Shown: positions 36,821 through 46,301 of the stretch, in pieces
How positions within the stretch are numbered: the first letter of the stretch is position 1
Layout of the letters: each line of letters begins with the position of its first letter
DNA from: an uncultured Planctomycetota bacterium
GTDB lineage: Bacteria; Planctomycetota; Planctomycetia; Gemmatales; Gemmataceae
Assembly: GCA_963750865.1 (NCBI GenBank)
Contig: CAVVSQ010000002.1
Location: 14,231-78,230, forward strand
Reading direction: 5' to 3'
DNA: 64,000 nucleotides
Position numbers and translations under genes: made by a program
Notes under the pieces: generated by a model
What the model was told of the DNA's origin: nothing
Databases searched by the model: none
Seen by the model: the letters and a program-made list of their open reading frames with translations, nothing else

Positions 36821-37747
36821 ATGGAGACGCGTGCATTGGGGGCGACTGGGTTACGCTTGCCCGTGTTGGGCTTGGGCACGGCCCCTTTGGGTCAGGAATA
36901 CGGGCGTTTCAACATCGAGGAAGCGCTCGACTGCATCCATGCCGCGCTCGAATTGGGCATCAATTTCCTGGATACATCGCCCTATTATGGCCGCGGGCTG
37001 TCGGAGAACTTGCTCGGCATGGCCCTGCGGGGAATTCCGCGATCGTTACATTCTGTGCAGCAAGCTCGGACGCTATGACACGAGTCATTTTGACTTTTCC
37101 GCGCGGCGCGTGGTGGAAAGCGTGGACATCAGCCTGCATCGGCTCGGCGTGGATCATCTCGATATTTGCTTATGCCACGATATTGAATTTGTTGACATGA
37201 ATCGGATAGTCGAGGAAACGTTGCCGGCCCTGCGCAAGGTGCGCGACCAAGGGAAGGTGCGTTTCATTGGCGTCAGCGGCTATCCGTTGTCGATCTTTCG
37301 CTTCATTCTCGACCGCACCGATCTGGACGTCATTCTTTCTTATGGTCATTACACTTTGCAAAATCGCCGCTTGGCGGAATTGACTCCTTATTCAGAGAGC
37401 AAGAAAGTTGGCGTCATCAATGCCTCGCCATTTGCAGCGCGGTTGCTGTCAAGCGACCCCTTGCCTCCCTGGCATAAGGCCTCCGCGCTGGTGAAGGAAA
37501 CGTGTCGTCAGCGGCGCTTTTTTGTGAAGAGCACGGGACGCCCATTGCCAAGTTGGCCCTGCAATTCGCTGCCGGCAATCCCGCGTTCGCCTGCTGCCTG
37601 GCCGGGAGCGTCGATCGCGAACAATTGCGCCAGTGGACGGAATGGTTGGCCGAGCCGATTGACGGGAGTCTCCTGGCCGAAGTGGAACGCATTCTGTCCC
37701 CGGCGCTGGACGTTAGCTACCTGGAAGGCCGGCCCGAGAACAACTGA
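36821..37747 (+). pseudogene. aldo/keto reductase, two frameshifts (about 37045 and 37505)
   Basis: METRALGATGLRLPVLGLGTAPLG...INFLDTSPYYGRGLSE / DRYILCSKLGRY...SLHRLGVDHLDICLCHDIEF...GKVRFIGVSGY / CEEHGTPIAKLALQFAAGNP in three frames. Confidence 0.8.
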
Positions 37748-37904
37748 ACGCCGCACGGCCTGGGACCGCCAATCTGATGATTGGCTATTTCGTTAAACCT
37801 GCCAAGCAGGAGGTTGGCGTTCCCGGGCAATGCTTGACCTGGAACGCAATTCCGAACAAGATGGAGGAACGGGACGACGATTTTGTGCATTGCCGAGGAG
37901 TTCC

Positions 37905-39357
37905 ATGCAGTTGCCGAGTTTATTCGCACCGCCGCCGGATGGTTACGCATCGCGGCGTGAGTTTTTGCACCGGGTCGGCAGCGGCTTTGGCACGGTGGCG
38001 CTTGCGGCTTTGCTCCAACAGCAGAGCCTGCTGGGCCAGGAGGCCCCACTCAATCCGCTCGCGCCTCGTCCGGGCCATTTTGCCGCCAAGGCCAAATCGG
38101 TCATTTGGCTCTTCATGAATGGCGGCCCCAGCCAAGTCGATACCTGGGACTATAAGCCCGAACTGGCGCGGCGCGACGGCGTCGATCTCGCCGGCTTCGA
38201 CCGCGATACCGGTTTTTTTCGCGATCAGGTCGGACCCATCATGAAGTCGCCCTATCGGTTCGCTCGCCATGGACAGTCCGGTGCCTGGGTCTCGGAAATC
38301 TTTCCCAACCTGGCCCGGCATGTCGACAAAATGGCGTTTATTTATTCCTGCTGGACGGACTCCAACAACCATTCGCCCGCCTTGATGAAAATCAACACCG
38401 GCATGACACGCATGGGCTTTCCCTGCGTCGGCAGCTGGGTGACGTATGGATTGGGAACGCAAAGCCAAAGCTTGCCCGCGTTCGTCGTGATGTATGACAC
38501 GCTGGGTCGGGGCTTGCCCAAGGGCTATTCGCAGAACTGGGCGCTGGGTTCTTGCCGAGCATTTACCAGGGAACGGCCCTCAAGCCACAAGGCGCCCGAT
38601 CGACAACTTGTTCCGCCCTCGCGATCTCACCGATCGCCAGCAGCGCAACCAGCTTGACCTGTTGCATCGGCTGAACCACGATCGATCGAACGCGAGCACG
38701 GGGGGCGAATTGTCAGCCCGCATCGAATCGTTCGAGTTGGCTTACCGCATGCAAATGGCGGCCCCCGAGGCCTTGGAGTTCCAACACGAGTCGCGGCAAA
38801 CGCAGCGCCTCTACGGCATCGACAATCCGCGCTGCGGACATTTTGCCAAGCAATGCTTGATGGCCCGGCGCCTGGTCGAACGCGGTGTCCGTTTCGTGCA
38901 GATTTACTCCGGCGGCGAGGAGAACGAGCGGAGCTGGGATGGCCACATGAACATAAAGGCCAATCACAGCGGCTTCGCGGGCGAGACCGACTTGCCGATT
39001 GCCGGATTGCTCACCGATTTGGATCAGCGCGGCCTATTGGATGAAACGCTCGTTGTCTGGGGAGGGGAGTTTGGTCGTCTGCCCCTCGTTCAACGCGGCG
39101 GCACCGGTCGAGACCATAATCCGCACGCTTTTACGGTGTGGCTTGCCGGTGCCGGCATCAAAGGCGGCACGCAGTACGGCGCCACCGACGAGATCGGCCA
39201 TCGCGCCGCCGAGAACCGAGTGAGTGTTCATGACCTCCATGCCACCATCCTCCATCTGCTCGGCATTGACCATCTGCGGCTGACTTATCGCTATAGCGGC
39301 CGCGACTTTCGCCTCACGGATGTCAGCGGCGAAGTCGTCCAGGGAATTTTGGCGTGA
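37905..39357 (+). pseudogene. DUF1501-domain (sulfatase-fold) protein with Tat-type signal, two frameshifts (about 38545 and 38605)
   Basis: SRREFLHRVGSGFG...FMNGGPSQVDTWDYKPEL...GYSQNW / AGFLPSIYQGTALKPQGA / PIDNLFRP...VVWGGEFGRLP...GRDHNPHAF. Both breaks look like 1-nt losses in G or C runs. Confidence 0.9.
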
Positions 39358-39445
39358 AGAGCCGCGCACGCAGTAAGCGGTTCCGCGCCGCACAAAAAGA
39401 TACACCGCTTACTACGTGCGCGGCTCCTTAAGAGCGAAACGTGCC

Positions 39446-41189
39446 ATGCAAAAAACCGTAATCTGCACGCAGTGCAACCTGAAGCTGGCCGTCCCGGCGA
39501 CAGCCCAGGGACAGCGCATCCAGTGCCCCAATTGCCGAACAGTGTTTTCCGTCGAAACCGATGCGACGTATGCCGATCGAGGCTTCGACGACGCCGCGGA
39601 CTCGCCGATTCATCAGAGTTCAAGTCTGGCTTGGACCTGCGTTTGCATTGTCACGATAGCGCTTGCCGGCGCCATCGGAGGGTTGACATGGCAATTTACC
39701 CATCAACCCGCGGCTGAAGAAGCGATTGCCGCGTTGGATGACACGACACCGGTTAGTTCTCAGGAGCTCAATGCGCAGTCCGCCTCAAATGGTGAAAGAG
39801 AAAAAGGAAACCGAAGTGCCGGCGATCCCAATAAAAGAGCCGCCGAACGGCAATGGCAAACCTGCCCCAAACGCTGCAAGCGAGGCCGTTGCGGAGTTGG
39901 ATGCATCGCCGAAGCCGCAAGTCGAAGAAGTCGCGAAAAGCGAACCGGCGCCGCCAAAAAAGCAAATCAAAGAAAGCCCCAGGCCGCCAGAGATTCTTTC
40001 CCCGGCACCGAACCGCCGGTTTCCATCGATGAGCCGTTCGAAACCAAGCCCGCTCCTGGAAAGAGAGAACCGGATCCCAACGCACCGAAAGTGAAAATCC
40101 TCGATCTGGATAGTTTCGACATTCGCGGCGGGGATGGAGTGGGACCGATGCGCGGGGGACCAGCGCCGTCCGGACCTGCCGGCAAATTGGTGGGCCGCTT
40201 GAGCGCACATTTGGGTGCCGTGTTTGATGTCGAGGCGAAGGCGGCATTGCTCCTCTTGCCCGGCGGTCAGGCCAAGCTGCTTGATTATCCGAGCTTTCGT
40301 CCTTTGGGGACTTACAAGCTCGGCGGGGGGACCGCCTATTATCCTGTTTACGATAAAACCAAGGGCAGGCTGTATGTCTTGACCCCAAGCGCCAAGGCGA
40401 AAGATCCGGCGGGCAAACCAGGTGGGAGCCAACTGGTCTGCTACGACGTACGTGGCTTGCTCGCCGGCCGACTCAAGCCTCGCGCAGAGCTGCGCCCGTC
40501 AAGATGATTTCACTTGGTGGTTTTTGCACCAATCTTGGCAGCTCTCCGGACGGCGCGTGGCTCTATGCTCTTGACGCGAGCGGGCTCAAACTCCGCACAT
40601 CAACGTGAACCAGGAAAAAGTCGATCAGCGTGTGGCCGTGCCTTCCTTCACTGAGAGCATTTATGTGGCGGGCGACGGCAAGCGCATCTATGCGCTGGCT
40701 CACACGGCGGCACGCACGGCAAAAGGCCCGCTACCCAAGGGAGTTATTGCCGTCCTGGATACACCATCGTTAACCCTCGCCAAAACAATCCGCATTGACA
40801 ACGACCCGTTCGCGCTGGCGGTGACCAAGGAAGGAATTCTGTTCGTCTCAGGCCGTGGCGGCGTCCGCAGCGATATTACAGTGGTCGATGTCAACAAGGA
40901 ACCTGCGTTGGTGGCAAACTGGCGCGGTGTGCCACCCAACGCGCAGCCTCAAATTGTCCGACGACGAAAAAGTGCTCTTTATCAGCAAAGCCGGCAACGT
41001 GAGTTTCGTGGCCGGCCTGGCCATACCCGAAACTCTCGCGGGCAGCGAACTTCCCAGCGCCAGTGGACGCAACCTACTCCCGCTGCCGCGCCGGCGAGTT
41101 TCTTATTACACCGGACCACCAATTCCTTCTATGTGACTCAGGCGCCGTAGTGCTGTTGGCGGGTGGCAATCTGGAATAAGCGGTCGGAG
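39446..41189 (+). pseudogene. zinc-ribbon / TM / Pro-Lys-Glu linker / beta-propeller-like repeat protein, several frameshifts
   Basis: MQKTVICTQCNLKLAVP...IQCPNCRTVF, a TM helix, then repeat-like strands spread over three frames (RLYVLTP, WLYALDASG, RIYALAH, ILFVSGRGG, VLFISKAGN, FLLCDSGAVVLL). Stop at 41187. Confidence 0.5.
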
Positions 41190-41221
41190 CTTCAATAAAT
41201 GGGCGCACCAAACCCGATCTC

Positions 41222-41725
41222 ATGAAGGCCTTGTTGACCCGCCTCGATCGGTGGCTTGTCAAGCATCGCCGCCGGTTTCACGCGGGTTTGCTTCCCGGCG
41301 CCACGTCCGCTGATATTGCGGCTCTTGAAAAGAACTTGGCATGTCCAATCCCCACGGCACTGGCCGAACTTTTAGCTTGGCACAACGGTCAACGGGACGA
41401 TGCCGTCGGCAAATTCGAAGAGGATTGGCAGTTGATGGGCTGCGCAGCCATTGCCGCGGCGAAAGAGGAGTTGGACGCCAATGCGGCCGCCAACGGCTGG
41501 CGAAAAATATGGTTGCCGTTTTTGGACGACGACGCCGGGGATTATGTCTTCTTGGACATCACCAGTAAACCTATGCCGGTGCTTGCCTTTTGGTTGGGGA
41601 ACAAACAGCCCGAGGAGCTGGCGCCCGACCTCGAGAGTTGGCTGCGGGAATTTGTTAGCCGTGTTGAAAAGGGCCACTATCACGAAGATCCGGAACGGGG
41701 AACGTTCATGCGCAGTGACAATTAA
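41222..41725 (+). CDS. SMI1/KNR4 (SUKH-1) family protein
   Basis: ATSADIAALEKNLACPIPTALAELLAWHNG...WLPFLDDDAGDYVFLD. Confidence 0.75.
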   Translation: MKALLTRLDRWLVKHRRRFHAGLLPGATSADIAALEKNLACPIPTALAELLAWHNGQRDDAVGKFEEDWQLMGCAAIAAAKEELDANAAANGWRKIWLPFLDDDAGDYVFLDITSKPMPVLAFWLGNKQPEELAPDLESWLREFVSRVEKGHYHEDPERGTFMRSDN

Positions 41726-41782
41726 CCGCCGCGATGGAGAAACGCGAGTCGGATTTGAGGCACTCCGAACGGCCGGTGGTGT

Positions 41783-41836
41783 GTACTCATCTCGCTCCGC
41801 GAGATGAACGAGCATCTCGCGGAGCGAGATGAGTAC
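41783..41836. terminator. perfect 24-bp-stem hairpin between convergent genes
   Basis: GTACTCATCTCGCTCCGCGAGATG-aacgag-CATCTCGCGGAGCGAGATGAGTAC. Imperfect complementarity extends to 41759..41860. No U-tract. Confidence 0.45.
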
Positions 41837-41896
41837 AAGCCACCGCGGTTTCGGAGCACCTAAGACGGGACCACGCGTTCTTGATTTTCTCGGAGG

Positions 41897-42583
41897 TTAA
41901 TTATTACTGAATTCCGGCGGGAACTTACGGTCTGTGGCTTGGCTGAGAGGGGGTGCATCCTCAAGGTGCTTGAGTAGGCGACTTAGCCTTTCTTCGACTT
42001 CGAGCTCTTCCAGCAGCGTTTGCTTAAATTCCGTTTGCAGCGGCAGAGCGAAGGCGAAGATATCGCATAAGGCGATCAGCGACAGTTCGCTTTTGAGCAA
42101 TTTGCGAAATTGGGTTTTGACCGTCGGCTGGCTCGGGAATAAATGGGGCACCAGCTTGCCGAGTTGCCGGCGCAGTTTGCGTTCATGTTTGGCGTCGGCC
42201 ACCGGCACCTCGGCCAACAACTCGGCCTTGGCCTTGCGGTACGCTTTTCCGTGCGGAATTTCCTGATTGAGCTGCAATCGGCTTAGACCGCGCAAAAGGA
42301 TGTTGTAGCATCCATCCGCCATTTTTTGATCGGCTACGATCTTCCCCAGGCAGGCGACCGAGTGCAAGGGCGGGCAGGCGGCATACTCAGCTTCCCAGCC
42401 GGGCTTGGGCAAAATCAGCGCGATCAGCCGGTCACCGGCCAAGGCATCCGCGGTCATCTGCAGGTAACGGGGCTCGAAAATGTGCAACGGCTGCATGACC
42501 TGCGGGAAAAACACCAGGTGCGGCAGCGGAAACAAGCGGACGCTGCCGGCGAAGTTTGTCAGGGCTGAGTAGTCGTCGTTCAT
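41897..42583 (-). CDS. LON N-terminal (substrate-binding) domain protein
   Basis: VRLFPLPHLVFFPQVMQPLHIFEPRYLQM...GCYNILLRGLSRLQL. Confidence 0.85.
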   Translation of the reverse strand: MNDDYSALTNFAGSVRLFPLPHLVFFPQVMQPLHIFEPRYLQMTADALAGDRLIALILPKPGWEAEYAACPPLHSVACLGKIVADQKMADGCYNILLRGLSRLQLNQEIPHGKAYRKAKAELLAEVPVADAKHERKLRRQLGKLVPHLFPSQPTVKTQFRKLLKSELSLIALCDIFAFALPLQTEFKQTLLEELEVEERLSRLLKHLEDAPPLSQATDRKFPPEFSNN

Positions 42584-42632
42584 GGTGCCGCTTCAATCCG
42601 CGGGACATGCTTTTCCCACGGCCAGGTGTCGG

Positions 42633-43064
42633 TTAGTGATCTTCATCCAAGAATTCCGCGGGGTCGGGCCATTGCTCAGGTGGCGGATCGAGAGTGATCT
42701 CCGGAATGTTCTTTTCCACGGGAGTAACGCGTGCGTCGGGGTCCGGGGACGCGAGCAGCGGAGCGAAGCAGCGTTCCATGTCCGCCCAAAAAGTTTGTTG
42801 CTTGATGCCAAGGTGCGGCGAGCCGTATTTCGCCATGTAATCCCGGCTGGAGCGGTAGAGCTTGGCGGCGCCGCGGACGTTCCCATTGCAAAAATGCAGC
42901 AGCCCGACCGCCGCTTGAATCAGCGCTTGGAAAAAGCGCTTGTCCTCGGTGAAAGTCTCCATCCAGAGCGACTCCCAGACCTCGTGGGCCTCGAAAAAGT
43001 CGCCGCGATTGAATAGCACGATCCCGGCAAGATAACGGGGATCGTAAGCATTGGCCATGGTCAT
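42633..43064 (-). CDS. DUF309-domain protein
   Basis: GIVLFNRGDFFEAHEVWESLW.....KRFFQALIQAAVGLLHFCNGNVRGAAKL. Confidence 0.8.
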   Translation of the reverse strand: MTMANAYDPRYLAGIVLFNRGDFFEAHEVWESLWMETFTEDKRFFQALIQAAVGLLHFCNGNVRGAAKLYRSSRDYMAKYGSPHLGIKQQTFWADMERCFAPLLASPDPDARVTPVEKNIPEITLDPPPEQWPDPAEFLDEDH

Positions 43065-43116
43065 ATGCTTATTTTAGCCGGCTGAATCCGCCCTGGATAC
43101 CAAAATGAGGTAATTC

Positions 43117-44144
43117 ATGTTTTTCTCTCAGCGGCTGCCGCTCGGAAGTGTCATTGCCCTATGCCGAGCGATGCGGCATAGCCTGGGCGCGGGCATCACC
43201 CTCGTGCAGGCCTTTCGCCAGCAGGCAGAGCGGGGCCAGCGGGGCGTCAGGCCGTTGGCGCAGCGGATTCTTGTTCGTTTGGAGCAGGGGGACGGGCTGG
43301 TCGATGCCTTGCAGGGCGAGAAAAACGTGGTTCCCCCGCTCTTGCTTGCGCTCGTCGAGGTAGGCGAGGAGACCGGACACTTGGCGGAGGTGTTCGCTCA
43401 GCTGGAGAAATACTATACCCTGCAAGATTCCTTGCGCAAGCAATTTCGCAGCCAGTGCATGTTGCCCGTGATCCAGTTTTGCCTCGCACTTTTCATAATC
43501 GCCGGGCTGATCTTTGTTTTGGGCATGATCGCGGCGCCTGGCGGAAACCAGCCTCAAGCCGTCTTCGGCCTGCGCGGAGCACTCGGTGCCTTACGGTTTC
43601 TGGTTACCAGCTTCGGTTCCATCGGGTTATTGTGGCTATCGTTTTTGTTATTGGCGCACGGCCCGGCAGAATGGCCTTGTCGACGCCGTTCTCTTGCAGG
43701 TGCCGATCATCGGTCCGTGCATCGAGGCATTTGTCATGGGGCGCTTTTGCATGGCCGTTTGCCTGACATTCGAGAGTGGCATGCCCATTGCCCGCGCACT
43801 TGCAGCTCAGCCTAGTTGCAACCGGCAATGCCGCCTTTCGAGCGAAAACCGAAATTATCACGCGAGCGGTCAAACAGGGAGAACCCGTAGCCGAAGCGTT
43901 GGCGCGATCAAACTTGTTCTCCAACGATTTTCTAAGTCTGGTCGCCATGGCGGAGGAGGGGGGCGCGTGCCGGAAGTGTTGCGCGCAGCAAGTAGATTAC
44001 TGGAATGAAGAAGCCGCCTTGCGGCTGAAGGTAACGCTGCGTCTGGCGAGCTGGTGCGTGTGGGTCATTTACGCGGTCTTCATGATAAGCGCGATTTTCA
44101 ATGTGGCGGGAATTTATTTAGGAGCGCTGGGGGGCGGGCGATGA
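43117..44144 (+). pseudogene. type II secretion system F (GspF/PilC-like) family membrane protein, about 3 frameshifts
   Basis: AMRHSLGAGITLVQAF...VPPLLLALVEVGEETGHLAEVFAQLEKYY / LLQVPIIGPCIEAFVMGRFCMAVCLTFESGMPIARAL / ...FSNDFLSLVAMAEEGG...VIYAVFMISAIFNVAGIY across ORFs 43117.., 43586.. and 43776... Confidence 0.7.
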
Positions 44145-44159
44145 GGCAAGCACCGGGCG

Positions 44160-44763
44160 TTACGCTTCCGGCTCGCCAAGCGGGCGCGCAGGCTGCGTTA
44201 GCGCCTGCGTCAGCCGGTCGATTTGCTCGCGCATCGGCCTGGGTGGTTTGGGAGTTTTTTGACCCACGCGGCCCGCCACCTTGAGCCAGATTACGACGGG
44301 CCCGTCTCCAGCCAACGCTTCGGGCGCACCGGCTTGCCAACCGGTGAGCGTATCGAAGGTGTAAACGCGCCTGATACCGGCCCCGCGCCATTTGGGCGAA
44401 GTTGACACTTCCCGCACCCGCGTAGGCCTGACCGCCGGTGACTTCATAAAGACCGTTATCCAAAATCAAGAGGTAAACCGGCGCCGCCTGTTCGGCGAGC
44501 GTCACCAGGCTGCCGAGATTCATCAGCATGCAGCCGTCGCCGTTGACGACAATCACGCCGCGCTCGGGATGTGCCAGCGCCAATCCCAGACCAATTCCCG
44601 GCGCGTGGCCCATGGCCGACGGGATATATGCGAAGTCGAGCGGTGAATCGGAAAGGCGCGGCCAAATGCCGGCGGAACTCATCGTCGTCACCACGATTCG
44701 GTCGCCCCGCAGCGGCACCATAACTTCGAGAGCTTGTTGTTGCGTCATGGGCATGGCAATCAC
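44160..44763 (-). pseudogene. sulfopyruvate/phosphonopyruvate decarboxylase beta-like (TPP-binding) subunit, one frameshift near 44385
   Basis: AMGHAPGIGLGLALA...VVNGDGCMLMNLGSLVT...LLILDNGLYEVTGGQ, then in another frame GIRRVYTFDTLTGW...GPVVIWLKV. GTG start overlaps the alpha-subunit stop (GTGA). Confidence 0.7.
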
Positions 44764-45242
44764 TCAGCTATCAGAGCCGCGCCGGCGCGCTGTTCGGCCT
44801 GGCGCTGGGCATAGGCCTGGCCTAAGTCTGCCGCGGTGTGCGTCTTGTCAAGAATGAGGTAGGGGAGCTTCCACGCCTGTAAAATCGGCTCAGTGAAAAT
44901 TGGACAGGTATCCGCCGTTTTGCCCGCCTGATGCAGATAGTAGCCGCGGACCCCGACGATTAAAAACAACGGCAGTTGCAGGTCGTGAACGACGTTCCGC
45001 AGCGCATCGCCCGCCTCGAACAGGCCGGTGCATTGGATCATGACGACCGGCTTTTGTCCGCCCAACATCAGCCCGGCGGCGATCGCGATCGCCTCGCCTT
45101 CTCGGCAGACCCGAATAAGACGCAGACTGGCCGCACCGGTCAGCGCCGCTTCCCAGCCGCCCAACTCGCTATCGGGAATCCAGATTACGTGGCTGACGCC
45201 ATTGGCCTCAAGAGCGGCGACCACGTCGGGGCCGTGCAACAT
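44760..45242 (-). CDS. sulfopyruvate/phosphonopyruvate decarboxylase alpha-like (TPP enzyme N-terminal domain) subunit
   Basis: GVSHVIWIPDSELG...VCREGEAIAIAAGLMLGGQKPVVMIQCTGLFEAGDALR...LPLFLIVGVRG. Confidence 0.75.
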   Translation of the reverse strand: MLHGPDVVAALEANGVSHVIWIPDSELGGWEAALTGAASLRLIRVCREGEAIAIAAGLMLGGQKPVVMIQCTGLFEAGDALRNVVHDLQLPLFLIVGVRGYYLHQAGKTADTCPIFTEPILQAWKLPYLILDKTHTAADLGQAYAQRQAEQRAGAALIAE

Positions 45243-45256
45243 AAGGACATCCTAAC

Positions 45257-45289
45257 AAAAAAGCCCGCCGGCAAGGAGGGCCGGCGGGC
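45257..45289 (-). terminator. rho-independent terminator of the cytochrome-like gene
   Basis: On the minus strand: GCCCGCCGGC-cctcctt-GCCGGCGGGC followed by TTTTTT, starting about 20 nt after the stop at 45309. Confidence 0.6.
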
Positions 45290-45308
45290 GCTCGTAAAGT
45301 GAAGCCGT

Positions 45309-45671
45309 TTACTTTTTGTGTTCCTTGTGGCAATTGGCGCAATTCGCCAGCTTTGCCAGCGACTTGGCGGCCTTCTGATCGCCCATGACGGCCAGGTCGG
45401 CGGCTTTGACCAATGCGACCGTCTTGGTCTTCCACCCTTCGGCGTCACCCTTGGGAGGAGTATTTTGCGACAACGCCTTGTAAAGCTCCGCGAGGTGCTT
45501 CTTGTCTTCCTCGCTGGCGTTGCCGGCGGCAACTTTCTTCAGCAAACCGTCCTTGTGTGCTTCCTTCATGACTTCCTTGATGGTGTATTTCGCTTTCTCA
45601 CCAGCATGGTTGTCACCGAGAACCAGCGCGATGCCCATCACCGCCAGCAAACTTGCAGCAAGCAATTTCAT
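45309..45671 (-). CDS. small secreted protein with C-terminal CxxCH haem-c motif (class II cytochrome-c-like)
   Basis: ATG 45671. Signal MKLLAASLLAVMGIALVLG, helical body, ...LANCANCHKEHKK. The longer ORF 45309..46091 is rejected. Confidence 0.55.
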   Translation of the reverse strand: MKLLAASLLAVMGIALVLGDNHAGEKAKYTIKEVMKEAHKDGLLKKVAAGNASEEDKKHLAELYKALSQNTPPKGDAEGWKTKTVALVKAADLAVMGDQKAAKSLAKLANCANCHKEHKK

Positions 45672-45929
45672 GCAATGACCCCATTCAAAGTAAGCCCCCC
45701 TCAAAGGAGCGATTACCCTTCCCAGCACTCGGCAAACGAACGCCGTTCCCGGGGGAAAGGAATCACCATTTCTACAAAGCACCCGGGCCGAACACAAGCA
45801 AAATCGCCGGGTGTTTTTTTTGAGAATGAAAGAAATAGAATTGAAAGAGCCGCGCACGAAATAAGCGGATAATCCGGATGTGCCAACCCAAACCGCTTGC
45901 CGCGTGCGCCGCTCTTTGGAGCTCGGGCC

Positions 45930-46291
45930 ATGACACGACCCGTCAGGATTTGGCAGCGCCGCCCATTGCGGCGAGCGTTGCGCAATTGGCTCGAACGCCA
46001 TCAGAACCCCGTCAATTTCTGGATACACCTGGTCGGCATACCGTTGGCGCTGGGTGGCATCGTTTTGTTTTTCGTGCTTCCGTGGGAACAATGGTATTGG
46101 CCGGCGCCGCGTTGGTCGGCGGCTATGGGCTACAATTCATCGGCCACCGCGTGGAAGGTAACGACATGGGGGAATGGGCCGCCATCAAGCGGCTTTTGGG
46201 GTTTCCCTATGTGGCGATTGCGCCGTCGTTTAGCCGCGACGCGCAGCAGAGCGCGGAGCCATCGCCGCGCTCCGCTGCGCGTCGCGGCTAA
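45930..46291 (+). pseudogene. DUF962 (Mpo1-like) membrane protein, one frameshift near 46100
   Basis: HQNPVNFWIHLVGIPLALGGIVLFFV (frame 45897..) continues as LVGGYGLQFIGHRVEGN (frame 45878..46291). Confidence 0.55.
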
Positions 46292-46301
46292 ACAAACGCC
46301 A

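Noticed and set aside
45672-46091. Upstream extension of ORF 45309..46091
   Set aside because: It is not protein-like. The signal peptide begins at ATG 45671.
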